Source of the DNA: a virus | Direction: 5' to 3' (one strand) | UHGV virus genome: UHGV-0081093 | DNA length: 38,153 nucleotides | Translations under genes and position numbers: made by a program | Notes under the pieces: generated by a model | The model's database searches: none | What the model was told of the DNA's origin: nothing | Seen by the model: the letters and a program-made list of their open reading frames with translations, nothing else | In this document: positions 1 to 9,413 of the stretch, piece after piece | Layout: every line of letters starts with the position of its first letter | Numbering within the stretch: the first letter of the stretch is position 1

Positions 1-49
1 TTAGCAAGACTGTGTACATTTGTACACAATTGCAGAGAGAGGAAATGAC

Positions 50-586
50 ATGCGTCGCGCTAACGATCCGCAACGGCGAGAAAAAATTATCCAGGCCACG
101 CTGGAGGCGGTGAAACTTTACGGAATACATGCTGTTACACACCGCAAAATTGCTACCCTTGCCGGGGTGCCGTTGGGATCGATGACCTACTATTTTTCAG
201 GAATTGATGAGTTGTTGCTGGAGGCGTTCAGCCGTTTTACTGAGATCATGTCCCGGCAATATCAGGCATTTTTTAGCGATGTTAGTGATGCTCCAGGCGC
301 ATGCCAGGCTATCACCGATATGATCTACAGCTCACAGGTCGCAACGCCGGATAATATGGAGCTGATGTACCAGCTCTACGCGCTGGCTAGCCGAAAACCG
401 CTCTTAAAAACGGTAATGCAAAACTGGATGCAGCGCAGTCAACAAACGCTCGAACAATGGTTTGAACCCGGAACCGCCCGCGCGCTTGATGCGTTTATTG
501 AGGGAATGACGCTGCATTTTGTCACCGACCGTAAGCCGCTATCACGCGAGGAGATTTTGAGGATGGTTGAGAGGATTGCTGGGTAG
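50..586 (+). CDS. rcdA: TetR-family transcriptional regulator RcdA (YbjK)
   Basis: Translation from [35 protein letters not shown] matches my memory of E. coli RcdA, with an N-terminal TetR-type HTH. ATG at 50 is preceded by a GAGAGAGGAAA RBS; the track ORF from 20 is an upstream in-frame extension. Confidence 0.85.
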   Translation: MRRANDPQRREKIIQATLEAVKLYGIHAVTHRKIATLAGVPLGSMTYYFSGIDELLLEAFSRFTEIMSRQYQAFFSDVSDAPGACQAITDMIYSSQVATPDNMELMYQLYALASRKPLLKTVMQNWMQRSQQTLEQWFEPGTARALDAFIEGMTLHFVTDRKPLSREEILRMVERIAG

Positions 587-590
587 TAGA

Positions 591-616
591 TAAATTTCAG
601 GCAACAAAAAACCCAT
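591..616. repeat. attL core (26-bp direct repeat TAAATTTCAGGCAACAAAAAACCCAT)
   Basis: Exact 26-bp copy of 35314..35339, read directly from the sequence; flanking bases differ on both sides. Lies just 3' of the rcdA stop. Confidence 0.8.
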
Positions 617-635
617 TTATGTAAATGGGTTAATG

Positions 636-669
636 AAAACAATAAGTTAGATTAAAAACAATAAGTTAG
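636..669. repeat. Tandem direct repeats AAAACAATAAGTTAG (636..650 and 655..669), possible integrase arm-type sites
   Basis: Two identical 15-mers 19 bp apart, immediately inside attL between the core and int. The arm-site function is inferred from position only. Confidence 0.35.
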
Positions 670-736
670 GTTGGTGGTCAGTGGTGGTTATTACGGGGTA
701 ATGCCAACCGCTGCCGCCACTTTGTCGCCACTTGTT

Positions 737-1006
737 TTACCTTAAACGCCAGGGGCCTCTATCTTCAATCTGTTCGACTAACCCCTCCTCTTCTAGTTCA
801 CGCAATAGTGCAACAACCCAATATTGTTGGTTCGAACTTGTTGCTTTCCGTTTTTCTCCCCAATCGAGGCCGCTTAGACGAAATACCTCAGCTTGCTTAA
901 CGCCGTTGCCGTTTTTTTGGGCATCTGGGTGAGTTTTAAGTACGGATAAAGCCAATTCTTTGGCTCTGTTGCGCAATTCCGCTCCCTGATGCTGAAACTT
1001 ATTCAT
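737..1006 (-). CDS. Hypothetical small protein (possible winged-helix DNA-binding protein) between attL and int
   Basis: 89-aa ORF with no larger competing ORF; charged, helical-looking sequence. Function not recognised. Confidence 0.4.
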   Translation of the reverse strand: MNKFQHQGAELRNRAKELALSVLKTHPDAQKNGNGVKQAEVFRLSGLDWGEKRKATSSNQQYWVVALLRELEEEGLVEQIEDRGPWRLR

Positions 1007-1064
1007 TGATAGTGCTCCATGTGAAAAAAAAGAATATTAGCTCAACAGGGCAAAATACGCATTT

Positions 1065-2096
1065 TCAAAAACTTGCTATTGATGTTGGTAGTGTTGCCAG
1101 CGGATTAAACCGTAATGCAGTTTCCAGGTGATCCGGTGCCAGATGTGCGTAACGCATAGTCATTTTTATATCGTGATGCCCGAGAATTTTTTGTAAGGCC
1201 AGGATATTTCCACCCGACATCATGAAGTGCGCCGCAAACGTATGGCGCAGAACGTGTGTCAGTTGACCGCGAGGGAGCACGATAGACGTTTTTTCCATCA
1301 CGGATAAAAATTGAAAATAGCAGTCTGTAAAGAAATTGAACCCATCAAGCGCCATGATCTCTTCGTAAAGCTCTTTACTGATAGGGATGCTTCTGTTTTT
1401 CTTCCCCTTCGTTCTTACAAAGGTAATTCGGTATTTGGTCACCTGTGAGCGGGTAAGATTTACGGCTTCACGCCAACGTGCGCCTGTGCTTAAGCATATC
1501 TTAACTACCAGTGCCAGAATTGGGTCCTGACGTTTGCAATCAGCCAGCAATTCAACAATCTGCTCATGGGTAAGCCATGCCATCTCTTTTTCTGCGATGG
1601 TGAATTTTCGCATGTTCTCCAGTGGGTTTGGATACGACCATTCGCCCAGGCGGGATAGTTCGCTAAAAACACTACTTAGATAGCTTTGCTCCAGGTTAAT
1701 GGTGACCGGGCTGGCTCCTTTCTTCCATTTCTCGCTGAAGTAGATCTCACCTGTCAGGCGTTTATCTCGATAGTGGGCAAACATTTTAGAGGTGAGATTG
1801 GTTGCAAGAGGATTGCCTAGAGCGTCAACCATCAGCAGCAATTTGTCATAGACATGCTGCCCAGCAGTCAGAGATTTACCATGTAATTTGAACCATAGCT
1901 CAACCACGTCTTTCAGGGTTCGACGATCCACTGATTCGCCCAGCCAGGGCTTTGATTCGGTTTCTTCCATCGTGTGACGCTCAAAAGCCAGAGCTTCGCC
2001 TTTGGTGGCGAATTGTTTACGCACACGACGCCCACTTCTTCCGGCGGGGTAACATTCGCAAAGCCATTTCCCTGTGGTGAGTTTTCGTACTGCCAT
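1065..2096 (-). CDS. int: Phage tyrosine integrase (186/P2-type)
   Basis: C-terminal catalytic region LSTGARWREA ... HVLRHTFAAHFMMSGGNILALQKILGHHDIKMTMRYAHL carries the R...HxxR...Y tyrosine-recombinase signature. Start taken at MAVRKLTTGKW (ATG 2096..2094), which matches remembered P2/186 Int N-termini; the track ORF extends further upstream to 2252. Confidence 0.88.
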   Translation of the reverse strand: MAVRKLTTGKWLCECYPAGRSGRRVRKQFATKGEALAFERHTMEETESKPWLGESVDRRTLKDVVELWFKLHGKSLTAGQHVYDKLLLMVDALGNPLATNLTSKMFAHYRDKRLTGEIYFSEKWKKGASPVTINLEQSYLSSVFSELSRLGEWSYPNPLENMRKFTIAEKEMAWLTHEQIVELLADCKRQDPILALVVKICLSTGARWREAVNLTRSQVTKYRITFVRTKGKKNRSIPISKELYEEIMALDGFNFFTDCYFQFLSVMEKTSIVLPRGQLTHVLRHTFAAHFMMSGGNILALQKILGHHDIKMTMRYAHLAPDHLETALRFNPLATLPTSIASF

Positions 2097-2284
2097 AAAA
2101 AATGCCCTCCAGTAGAGAGCATTTTTACTGTATGTATAACCAGTGTCAATGTATGAAATCCTACGACCATACATCTCACTGAAGCCATAATGAAGTTGGC
2201 TATTCTTTTTGCTATGTGAGCATGTAACTTTTGCGGTTAACCTGCGGCTCATTTTTATTTTAGACGCAGATATAAAAGCAAAAG

Positions 2285-2476
2285 TTATCGTGAGTTTTTA
2301 GTACAGATTTTTTTGGATTTACTAATAGTTCCATCATTGCAAACGAATTTGCCATCTGAGGTACAGTGAGAAACACCTCCCTTTTTCCCTGAGCAGGGAT
2401 AATTTCTAGCATAGGTAGTTAGTGGGTTTAATAACAAAGAACATGACAAAACCACAAAAAATACCTTACCAAGCAT
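2285..2476 (-). CDS. Hypothetical small cysteine-rich protein with signal-peptide-like N-terminus (possible moron)
   Basis: 63-aa ORF in an AT-rich gap between int and the repressor gene. Hydrophobic N-terminus ([19 protein letters not shown]) followed by a Cys-rich segment. Could be spurious. Confidence 0.3.
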   Translation of the reverse strand: MLGKVFFVVLSCSLLLNPLTTYARNYPCSGKKGGVSHCTSDGKFVCNDGTISKSKKICTKNSR

Positions 2477-2491
2477 AGTTTCCTCCCGGTA

Positions 2492-3148
2492 CTATTTAAC
2501 ATACTTGACTGTTAAACTTATAATTTTACCAATTATTTCAATGTCTTCTATCTTGCATTCGAAGGCTCTGTTTCCACCCTCGACGAAGATTCTTCCACCG
2601 GGTAAACGAGTAATGTCACGGATCGTTATTTCGCCATCAATACTTATTACCCATTTACCATCACGTATATCATCAAATTCTTTATCACAAATAAATTCAG
2701 AATTGTTATCTGTGATGACAAAAGGTTTTTTAAACGTAGAGGGTAGAAATCCCTTATCAAAAATATAAAAACCGTCTTTCTGCAATGCTCCATCAGACAA
2801 TAAATATTTTTCTACTTCTATAGTATTTGTATTTGCTGATGCTTGCTTTGAACCATGCCCTGTTGTTAGCCAATTAAGCGAGGTGCCCGTTTCAAGGGCG
2901 CACTGGATTACCCAATCTGCTGGAAAAATATCACGCATATAGCGCGTTGCCATGGTGCTCTTAGAAACACCTAAATGATCACAGAGAGCCTGACGGGTAC
3001 CGAACCCATATGCTTCAACTAAACGTTCTATGGCTTTCTTACCGCCGCTATTGAAATCCACAAGTCCTCCAAAGAAATCCGAAATTCGTTGACAGATTCC
3101 AAAAGCGATCTTAAAGTTGAACCAGAAGTGTTCTTTTGGAGCCTTCAC
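2492..3148 (-). CDS. Immunity repressor, 186 CI-like (HTH N-domain plus C-terminal domain)
   Basis: Divergent from the apl/cII-like genes and adjacent to int. Internal HTH-like segment LGVSKSTMATRYMRD...ALETGTSLNWLTTG. No obvious S24 autocleavage motif. True start may be the internal GTG near 3085 (GGAGGA RBS just upstream), which would give about 197 aa. Confidence 0.7.
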   Translation of the reverse strand: MKAPKEHFWFNFKIAFGICQRISDFFGGLVDFNSGGKKAIERLVEAYGFGTRQALCDHLGVSKSTMATRYMRDIFPADWVIQCALETGTSLNWLTTGHGSKQASANTNTIEVEKYLLSDGALQKDGFYIFDKGFLPSTFKKPFVITDNNSEFICDKEFDDIRDGKWVISIDGEITIRDITRLPGGRIFVEGGNRAFECKIEDIEIIGKIISLTVKYVK

Positions 3149-3206
3149 TACTAATCACGACAAACAACGGCTCGCCACAAGCCATATCTAGAAGGAATGT
3201 TGCCTT
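3149..3206. promoter_or_regulatory. Putative lysis/lysogeny switch region between divergent repressor and apl/cII-like genes
   Basis: Intergenic region between divergently oriented immunity genes; operator and promoter positions not resolved by eye. Confidence 0.3.
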
Positions 3207-3410
3207 ATGACACCTAACATTTCAATTACTCTGAATACACCACATGTCACAATCGAACGTTATAGCGAACTGACTGGCCTTTCTATTGATACGATTAACG
3301 ACATGTTGGCTGATGGCCGACTACCTCGTCATCGTCTTCGTAAAGACAAAAAACGTGAAAAGGTAATGATTAACCTGGCTGCTCTGACTGTTGATGCTTT
3401 GTCTGCTTAA
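3207..3410 (+). CDS. Apl/Cox-like small HTH protein (excisionase / early repressor)
   Basis: 67-aa basic protein in the first rightward position of the early operon, opposite the repressor, as for 186 apl and P2 cox. Confidence 0.55.
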   Translation: MTPNISITLNTPHVTIERYSELTGLSIDTINDMLADGRLPRHRLRKDKKREKVMINLAALTVDALSA

Positions 3411-3474
3411 TAGACGTCTATTTTCACAATAAGACGCTGAGTTCGATTTTGCGATAAGTTCGGAGTTGAAAACC

Positions 3475-3984
3475 ATGTTTGATTACCAAGTTTCCAAACA
3501 TCCACATTTTGATGAAGCCTGTCGTGCATTCGCACTGCGCCACAACCTGGTGCAACTGGCAGAACGTGCAGGCATGAATGTGCAGATTCTGCGGAACAAG
3601 CTGAACCCAGCTCAACCTCATTTATTAACCGCACCAGAAATCTGGCTGCTTACCGATCTGACTGAAGATTCAACGCTGGTAGACGGTTTTCTGGCACAGA
3701 TTCATTGTCTGCCATGTGTACCGATTAATGAGGTGGCAAAAGAGAAACTGCCACATTACGTCATGAGTGCAACCGCAGAGATCGGGCGTGTTGCTGCAGG
3801 TGCGGTATCTGGCGATGTAAAAACCAGTGCAGGTCGTCGTGATGCCATCAGCAGCATTAACTCTGTAACACGACTGATGGCACTGGCTGCTGTTTCATTG
3901 CAGGCCCGTTTACAGGCTAACCCTGCGATGGCGAGTGCAGTTGATACCGTAACTGGCCTCGGTGCTTCATTCGGTTTGCTGTGA
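3475..3984 (+). CDS. CII-like lysogeny establishment protein (186 CII-like)
   Basis: Position directly after the apl-like gene; about 169 aa from ATG 3475 (GGAG RBS at 3463..3466); sequence reminiscent of 186 CII as I remember it. Confidence 0.6.
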   Translation: MFDYQVSKHPHFDEACRAFALRHNLVQLAERAGMNVQILRNKLNPAQPHLLTAPEIWLLTDLTEDSTLVDGFLAQIHCLPCVPINEVAKEKLPHYVMSATAEIGRVAAGAVSGDVKTSAGRRDAISSINSVTRLMALAAVSLQARLQANPAMASAVDTVTGLGASFGLL

Positions 3985-3991
3985 GGTGCTT

Positions 3992-4288
3992 ATGCTGACG
4001 AAAGAACCATCATTTGCATCGCTGCTGGTAAAACAAAGCCCGGCAATGCACTACGGTCACGGCTGGATCATGGGTGAGGATGGTAAACGCTGGCATCCAT
4101 GTCATTCACAAGATGAATTGCTGTCTGAATTGACCACGAGGAAACGGAGAAAGTCAAAATGTATGCAGCGGAAAGTGAAGTGGTTTATCAGTTTCGTTAC
4201 AGAGGGGAAAGTTATTCAGTACCTGAAGATGATTTGCTCTGTTGTTATCCGTCGTTGTCGGGCGATGGCAGTTACTTTTTCACGCTAA
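3992..4288 (+). CDS. Hypothetical early protein (possibly Fil-like)
   Basis: ATG 3992 with GAGGTG RBS. The C-terminal third overlaps the 4159..4383 ORF in another frame, so the real extent is uncertain. Confidence 0.3.
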   Translation: MLTKEPSFASLLVKQSPAMHYGHGWIMGEDGKRWHPCHSQDELLSELTTRKRRKSKCMQRKVKWFISFVTEGKVIQYLKMICSVVIRRCRAMAVTFSR

Positions 4289-4383
4289 GGGATGGGACGT
4301 TTTTACGGGGAGAGCAGGTTAAAGAAACGATACGAAAAAATGTATCTCCTCTTGAACGTTACCGTAAGAACAAAGAACGATAG
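4159..4383 (+). CDS. Hypothetical early protein
   Basis: 74-aa ORF with a strong RBS (GAGGAAACGGAG) upstream of the ATG. Confidence 0.4.
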   Translation: MYAAESEVVYQFRYRGESYSVPEDDLLCCYPSLSGDGSYFFTLRDGTFLRGEQVKETIRKNVSPLERYRKNKER

Positions 4384-4405
4384 TTGCGTTTTGGGGATAT
4401 GAATT

Positions 4406-4747
4406 ATGGCAATTAATGGCGCTGCGGCGACTGTTCCATTAAGCCCCGGTGAACGCCTGAATGGACTTAATCACATTGCGGAGTTAAGGGCGAAAGTATT
4501 TGGCCTGAATATTGAGTCAGAGCTTGAGCGGTTTATTAAAGATATGCGTGATCCACGGGATATCAATAACGAACAAAATAAACGAGCACTGGCTGCCATA
4601 TTCTTTATGGCAAAAATTCCAGCTGAACGTCATAGCATCAGCATTAATGAGCTGACCACTGACGAAAAGCGGGAGTTGATTAAAGCAATGAATCATTTTC
4701 GTGCAGTGGTGAGCTTATTTCCCAGACGGCTAACCATGCCGAATTAA
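4406..4747 (+). CDS. Hypothetical early protein
   Basis: 113-aa ORF co-oriented in the early operon. Confidence 0.5.
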   Translation: MAINGAAATVPLSPGERLNGLNHIAELRAKVFGLNIESELERFIKDMRDPRDINNEQNKRALAAIFFMAKIPAERHSISINELTTDEKRELIKAMNHFRAVVSLFPRRLTMPN

Positions 4748-4814
4748 CCAATAAATAAAATTCATGGCGTAAACCCGCCGGGCATCCCTTTATCTAAATT
4801 CAGGAGAATTGATT

Positions 4815-5048
4815 ATGCGTAATATTGAAACCCTCACGACTAAAACCGGACCGGATGATGCAGGTCTTAATCTTTTACTGACAGAGGCCCGACTTGAAGA
4901 ACGTCGGGCAAGGGCTGAGGCAATGGCTGCCCGCCTTGATAGCCTGGCGTGTCATATCACATCCCGCCAGCTAAACCACGTCGAAGCAGCAGAACTGCTG
5001 CGTGTGACCGCTGAAGCAATCCAGAACGAAGCGCAGGAGATCCACTAA
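4815..5048 (+). CDS. Hypothetical early protein
   Basis: ATG 4815 preceded by an AGGAGA RBS; its stop overlaps the next start (TAATG). Confidence 0.5.
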   Translation: MRNIETLTTKTGPDDAGLNLLLTEARLEERRARAEAMAARLDSLACHITSRQLNHVEAAELLRVTAEAIQNEAQEIH

Positions 5049-5275
5049 TGGCTGATGCAATGGATCTCGTACAGCAGCGCGTTGAAGAAGAACGCCAGCG
5101 CCATATCCGTGCTGCCCGTGCCAAAACACCGGGCGTGTCTCGCGTGCTTTGCATTGAATGTGAAGCACCAATTCCGCCAGCACGCCGCCGTGCCATTCCT
5201 GGAGTGCAGCTTTGCATTACCTGTCAGGAAATCGCAGAGCTGAAAGGCAAACATTACAACGGAGGTGCTGTATGA
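5048..5275 (+). CDS. TraR/DksA-family C4 zinc-finger protein
   Basis: CIECEAPIP...LCITCQ four-cysteine motif in a 75-aa protein, typical of phage TraR-like proteins. Confidence 0.7.
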   Translation: MADAMDLVQQRVEEERQRHIRAARAKTPGVSRVLCIECEAPIPPARRRAIPGVQLCITCQEIAELKGKHYNGGAV

Positions 5276-6129
5276 GCACCATCCTGAAATGGGCGGGAAA
5301 TAAAACCGCAATTATGTCCGAACTGAAAAAATACCTACCTGCTGGCCCGCGACTGGTTGAACCTTTCGCGGGTTCCTGTGCTGTGATGATGGAGACGGAT
5401 TACCCCAGCTATCTGGTTGCGGATATTAATCCTGATTTAATCAACCTCTATAAAAAGATTGCCGCTGATTGCGAGGCGTTTATATCGCGGACCAGAACTT
5501 TGTTTGAGGAAGCAAACAGTGACCTAGCTTATTACAACATAAGGCAGGAGTTTAATTACTCAACTGAAATTACTGATTTCATGAAAGCGATATATTTCCT
5601 GTATCTCAATCGTCATGGTTACCGTGGGTTATGTCGCTATAACAAGAGCGGGCATTTCAACATTCCCTACGGTAATTATAAAAATCCGTATTTCCCTGAA
5701 AAAGAAATTCGCGCATTTGCAGAAAAAGCCCAGCGGGCAACGTTTATCTGCGCCAGCTTTGATGAAACGCTGGCGATGTTGAAGGCGGGGGATGTGGTGT
5801 ATTGCGATCCGCCGTATGACGGCACGTTTTCCGGTTATCACACTGACGGCTTCACTGAAGATGACCAGTATCACCTGGCATCCGTTCTTGAATATCGATC
5901 ATCAGAAGGTCATCCGGTCATTGTTTCTAACAGTGACACATCCCTGATCCGTTCGCTGTATCGCAATTTCACTCACCACTACATCAAGGCAAAACGCAGC
6001 ATCGGCGTGTCAGCTGGCGAGAGTAAATCTGCAACAGAAATCATTGCTGTTTCCGGGTCGCGCTGCTGGATGGGATTTGATCCTTCGCGTGGCGTGGATA
6101 GTTCTGCTGTGTACGAGGTGCGTGTATGA
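5272..6129 (+). CDS. dam: DNA adenine methyltransferase (Dam-like, N6-A MTase)
   Basis: N-terminal SAM-binding region (KWAGNK...EPFAGSCAV) and catalytic DPPY motif. ATG 5272 with GGAGGTG RBS; the track ORF from 5212 is an upstream extension. Confidence 0.85.
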   Translation: MSTILKWAGNKTAIMSELKKYLPAGPRLVEPFAGSCAVMMETDYPSYLVADINPDLINLYKKIAADCEAFISRTRTLFEEANSDLAYYNIRQEFNYSTEITDFMKAIYFLYLNRHGYRGLCRYNKSGHFNIPYGNYKNPYFPEKEIRAFAEKAQRATFICASFDETLAMLKAGDVVYCDPPYDGTFSGYHTDGFTEDDQYHLASVLEYRSSEGHPVIVSNSDTSLIRSLYRNFTHHYIKAKRSIGVSAGESKSATEIIAVSGSRCWMGFDPSRGVDSSAVYEVRV

Positions 6130-8540
6130 GTCATGACGATATGAGCAACTCTAGCGGCTTTAACGAGGCTGCCGCAGCATTTTCATGGAACGGCCCGAAA
6201 AAGGCCATTAACCCTTATCTGGATCCGGCGGAAGTTGCGCCGGAGTCTGCACTTTCAAACCTGATCACTCTGTACGCTGCCGATAACGAGCAGGAACAAC
6301 TGCGCCGCGAGGCACTGAGTGAGCAGGTCTGGGAGCGTTATTTCTTTAATGAATCCCGTGATCCTGTCCAGCGCGAAATGGAGCAGGATAAGCTCATTAG
6401 CCGGGCAAAGCTGGCGCATGAGCAGCAGCGTTTTAACCCGGACATGGTCATTCTGGCAGATGTCAGCGCCCAGCCTTCTCATATCAGCAAGCCGCTGATG
6501 CAACGTATCGAATACTTCAGCAGCCTGGGCAGGCCAAAGGCTTATTCCCGCTATTTGCGTGAGACGATTAAGCCATGTCTGGAGCGACTGGATTGTGTAC
6601 GTGACAGTCAGCTATCTGTTTCTTTCCGTTTTATGGCAAGCCATCAAGGGCTGGAGGGGCTGCTGATCCTGCCTGAAATGAGCCAGGATCAGGTGAAACG
6701 CCTGTCCACCCTGGTAGCAGCGCATATGAGCATGTGTCTTGAGGCCGCTTGTGGTGATTTGTACGCCACCGATGACGTTAAGCCAGAAGAAATCCGCAAG
6801 ACATGGGAAAAGGTGGCTGCGGAAACCCTGCGTCTGGATGTTATCCCGCCTGCGTTTGAGAAACTTCGTCGGAAAAGAAACCGCCGCAAACCTGTGCCCT
6901 ATGAACTCATACCGGGTTCGCTGGCACGTATGCTTTGCGCCGACTGGTGGTATCGAAAATTGTGGAAGATGCGTTGCGAATGGCGGGAAGAGCAGTTGCG
7001 TGCTGTCTGTCTGGTCAGCAAAAAAGCATCTCCCTATGTCAGCTATGAAGCAGTGACGCATAAACGTGAGCAGCGCCGCAAGTCGCTGGAGTTTTTCCGT
7101 TCTCATGAACTGGTGAACGAAGACGGAGACACGCTGGATATGGAAGATGTGGTAAACGCCAGCAGCAGCAACCCGGCACATCGCCGCAATGAGATGATGG
7201 CCTGCGTTAAAGGTCTGGAGCTTATCGCGGAAATGCGCGGTGACTGCGCCGTTTTCTACACCATCACCTGTCCGTCACGTTTCCATTCCACGCTCAATAA
7301 CGGCAGACCAAACCCGACCTGGACAAATGCGACGGTAAGACAAAGCAGTGATTATCTGGTCGGCATGTTTGCTGCATTTCGTAAGGCGATGCACAAAGCC
7401 GGATTGCGGTGGTATGGCGTGCGGGTGGCTGAGCCGCATCATGACGGTACTGTGCACTGGCATCTCATGTGCTTCATGCGTAAAAAAGACCGCCGCGCCA
7501 TCACTGCATTACTGCGTAAGTTTGCCATCCGTGAAGACCGCGAGGAACTGGGCAATAACACGGGGCCACGCTTTAAGTCTGAGCTGATTAACCCGCGCAA
7601 AGGAACGCCGACAAGCTACATCGCGAAATACATCAGTAAGAACATTGACGGGCGTGGTCTGGCTGGCGAGATCAGCAAGGAAACGGGTAAATCCCTGCGT
7701 GATAACGCTGAATACGTTAATGCCTGGGCGTCTCTGCATCGTGTTCAGCAATTCCGCTTCTTTGGCATTCCGGGGCGTCAGGCTTACCGTGAACTGCGAT
7801 TGCTGGCTGGTCAGGCGGCAAGGCAGCAGGGTGACAAAAAAGCAGGTGCGCCGGTACTGGATGATCCGCGTCTTGATGCCATTCTGGCTGCTGCTGATGC
7901 TGGCTGTTTTGCCACCTACATTATGAAGCAGGGCGGCGTGTTGGTTCCCCGCAAATATCACTTGATCAGAACCGCTTATGAAATCAACGAAGAGCCGACC
8001 GCCTATGGTGATCACGGTATTCGTATTTATGGCATCTGGTCACCCATTGCAGAGGGCAAGATCTGCACTCATGCAGTGAAGTGGAAAATGGTTCGTAAGG
8101 CCGTTGACGTTCAGGAGGCGGCAGCCGACCAGGGCGCTTGCGCCCCTTGGACTCGTGGCAATAACTGTCCCCTTGCTGAAAATTTGTACCAACAAGGGAA
8201 AGACAAATCAGCTGATGGGGATACCAGAACGGATATCACCCGCATGGATGACAAGGAATTGCACGATTACCTGCACAGTATGAACAAAAAAGAGCGTCGG
8301 GAACTGGCTGCAAGGTTACGCCTGGTGAAACCGAAACGGCGTAGAGACTACAAACAGCGAATTACAGATCATCAGCGACAGCAGCTCGTCTATGAACTGA
8401 AGTCCAGAGGATTTGATGGCAGCGAGAAAGAGGTCGATTTACTCCTTCGCGGCGGCAGCATTCCGTCAGGAGCAGGCCTGCGTATTTTCTATCGGAACCA
8501 GCGTTTGCAGGAAGATGATAAGTGGCGGAACCTGTATTAA
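6126..8540 (+). CDS. A: Replication initiation endonuclease (P2 gpA / 186 RepA family, rolling-circle)
   Basis: 804 aa, in the position of P2 gene A; contains a VHWHLMCF HxH-type motif typical of rolling-circle initiators. Confidence 0.85.
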   Translation: MSHDDMSNSSGFNEAAAAFSWNGPKKAINPYLDPAEVAPESALSNLITLYAADNEQEQLRREALSEQVWERYFFNESRDPVQREMEQDKLISRAKLAHEQQRFNPDMVILADVSAQPSHISKPLMQRIEYFSSLGRPKAYSRYLRETIKPCLERLDCVRDSQLSVSFRFMASHQGLEGLLILPEMSQDQVKRLSTLVAAHMSMCLEAACGDLYATDDVKPEEIRKTWEKVAAETLRLDVIPPAFEKLRRKRNRRKPVPYELIPGSLARMLCADWWYRKLWKMRCEWREEQLRAVCLVSKKASPYVSYEAVTHKREQRRKSLEFFRSHELVNEDGDTLDMEDVVNASSSNPAHRRNEMMACVKGLELIAEMRGDCAVFYTITCPSRFHSTLNNGRPNPTWTNATVRQSSDYLVGMFAAFRKAMHKAGLRWYGVRVAEPHHDGTVHWHLMCFMRKKDRRAITALLRKFAIREDREELGNNTGPRFKSELINPRKGTPTSYIAKYISKNIDGRGLAGEISKETGKSLRDNAEYVNAWASLHRVQQFRFFGIPGRQAYRELRLLAGQAARQQGDKKAGAPVLDDPRLDAILAAADAGCFATYIMKQGGVLVPRKYHLIRTAYEINEEPTAYGDHGIRIYGIWSPIAEGKICTHAVKWKMVRKAVDVQEAAADQGACAPWTRGNNCPLAENLYQQGKDKSADGDTRTDITRMDDKELHDYLHSMNKKERRELAARLRLVKPKRRRDYKQRITDHQRQQLVYELKSRGFDGSEKEVDLLLRGGSIPSGAGLRIFYRNQRLQEDDKWRNLY

Positions 8541-8632
8541 TTACGCGGGTTAACAATTCGTGCTCTTAATAATACCAGGTATATCAGGCTGATGAACGTA
8601 AAAAAACGTTTTACATCAGTAAGATTATTATA

Positions 8633-8652
8633 TACTGTAAATATAAACAGTG
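8633..8652. promoter_or_regulatory. LexA (SOS) box TACTGTAAATATAAACAGTG
   Basis: Matches the CTGT-N8-ACAG consensus with an AT-rich spacer; sits 40 bp upstream of the 8694 ORF and the DinI-like gene. Confidence 0.6.
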
Positions 8653-8693
8653 GTTATGCATACAGTATTGCTTGTGGTGTCATAGGAGGAAAG

Positions 8694-8882
8694 ATGCAGG
8701 ACTATTTTTTGGAGTCTTTGAAGCTCCAGCGCATTGATTTTTTTCTTAAGCTTGTAGCGGCTAGTGAGTGTAGTGATGAAGAGAAGGGGCTGGCCCTGCA
8801 GTGGGTTTCTGAACTGACAGATGAACTCATGGCAAAAATCAGAACCCACGAATACAACCGCTCAATGGATGTCATCAGCTGA
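8694..8882 (+). CDS. Hypothetical small protein, first gene of putative SOS-controlled operon
   Basis: ATG 8694 preceded by an AGGAGG RBS and lying downstream of the LexA box. The longer track ORF from 8592 would contain the LexA box. Confidence 0.45.
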   Translation: MQDYFLESLKLQRIDFFLKLVAASECSDEEKGLALQWVSELTDELMAKIRTHEYNRSMDVIS

Positions 8883-8892
8883 GGTGACTTTT

Positions 8893-9126
8893 ATGCGCAT
8901 TGAAATAATGATCGATAAAGAGCAGAAGATTAGCCAGTCTACCCTGGACGCCCTTGAATCCGAGCTTTACCGCAATCTGCGCCCCCTGTATCCCAAAACG
9001 GTAATTCGCATTCGCAAAGGTAGCTCTAACGGTGTGGAACTGACCGGACTGCAACTGGACGAAGAAAGGAAGCAAGTGATGAAAATTATGCAGAAGGTGT
9101 GGGAAGACGACAGCTGGCTGCATTAA
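8893..9126 (+). CDS. DinI-like protein (possible Tum-type antirepressor)
   Basis: MRIEIMIDKEQ...LYRNLRPLYPKTVIRIRKGSSNGVELTGLQLDEERKQVMKIMQKVWEDDSWL resembles DinI (MRIEVTIAK..., ...ETWESADDW). GAGGTG RBS before ATG 8893. Confidence 0.65.
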   Translation: MRIEIMIDKEQKISQSTLDALESELYRNLRPLYPKTVIRIRKGSSNGVELTGLQLDEERKQVMKIMQKVWEDDSWLH

Positions 9127-9156
9127 GAAACGTTGCCCCCAAGAGGATTCATTCTG

Positions 9157-9327
9157 ATGGGGGACTATTTTGGGCAACGAGTGAAACGAGGCGTTAGTTG
9201 GACGGCCATTTTGATAAGTGATCGTCCGCTTTTTGTTCTGAGTTCAAGCGATGGATTTAACACACTGGTTGAAGCAGAAGTATCTAAGTTCAATTTATAT
9301 TATTTGAAGGGCACTGGTCTGATGTAG
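9157..9327 (+). CDS. Hypothetical small protein
   Basis: Short ORF with an AAGAGG RBS; weak support. Confidence 0.25.
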   Translation: MGDYFGQRVKRGVSWTAILISDRPLFVLSSSDGFNTLVEAEVSKFNLYYLKGTGLM

Positions 9328-9413
9328 TACGATTTTTGCCGGAGATGGCATGTTCTATATTGATCTCATCCATATAATGATTGGTATTATTAGCTTAGTT
9401 TAAAGAGGATTGA

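Noticed and set aside
20-49. Upstream in-frame extensions of track ORFs (rcdA from 20, dam from 5212, int to 2252, ogr from 34997, grxA to 38118, L from 18723, J from 22886)
   Set aside because: In each case an internal start with a recognisable RBS gives a product matching the expected N-terminus and length of the known protein family; the extensions lack RBSs or overlap upstream genes or regulatory sites.
439-642. 67-aa ORF antisense to the 3' end of rcdA and running across attL
   Set aside because: Overlaps the well-supported rcdA gene on the opposite strand and crosses the attachment-site junction; no RBS.
9353-9378. Possible sigma-70 promoter (TTGATC or TTCTAT ... TATAAT) upstream of the AT-rich cargo gene
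   Set aside because: The spacer between the candidate -35 and the TATAAT is only 7 or 14 nt, not 16-18, and AT-rich DNA produces TATAAT-like hexamers by chance.
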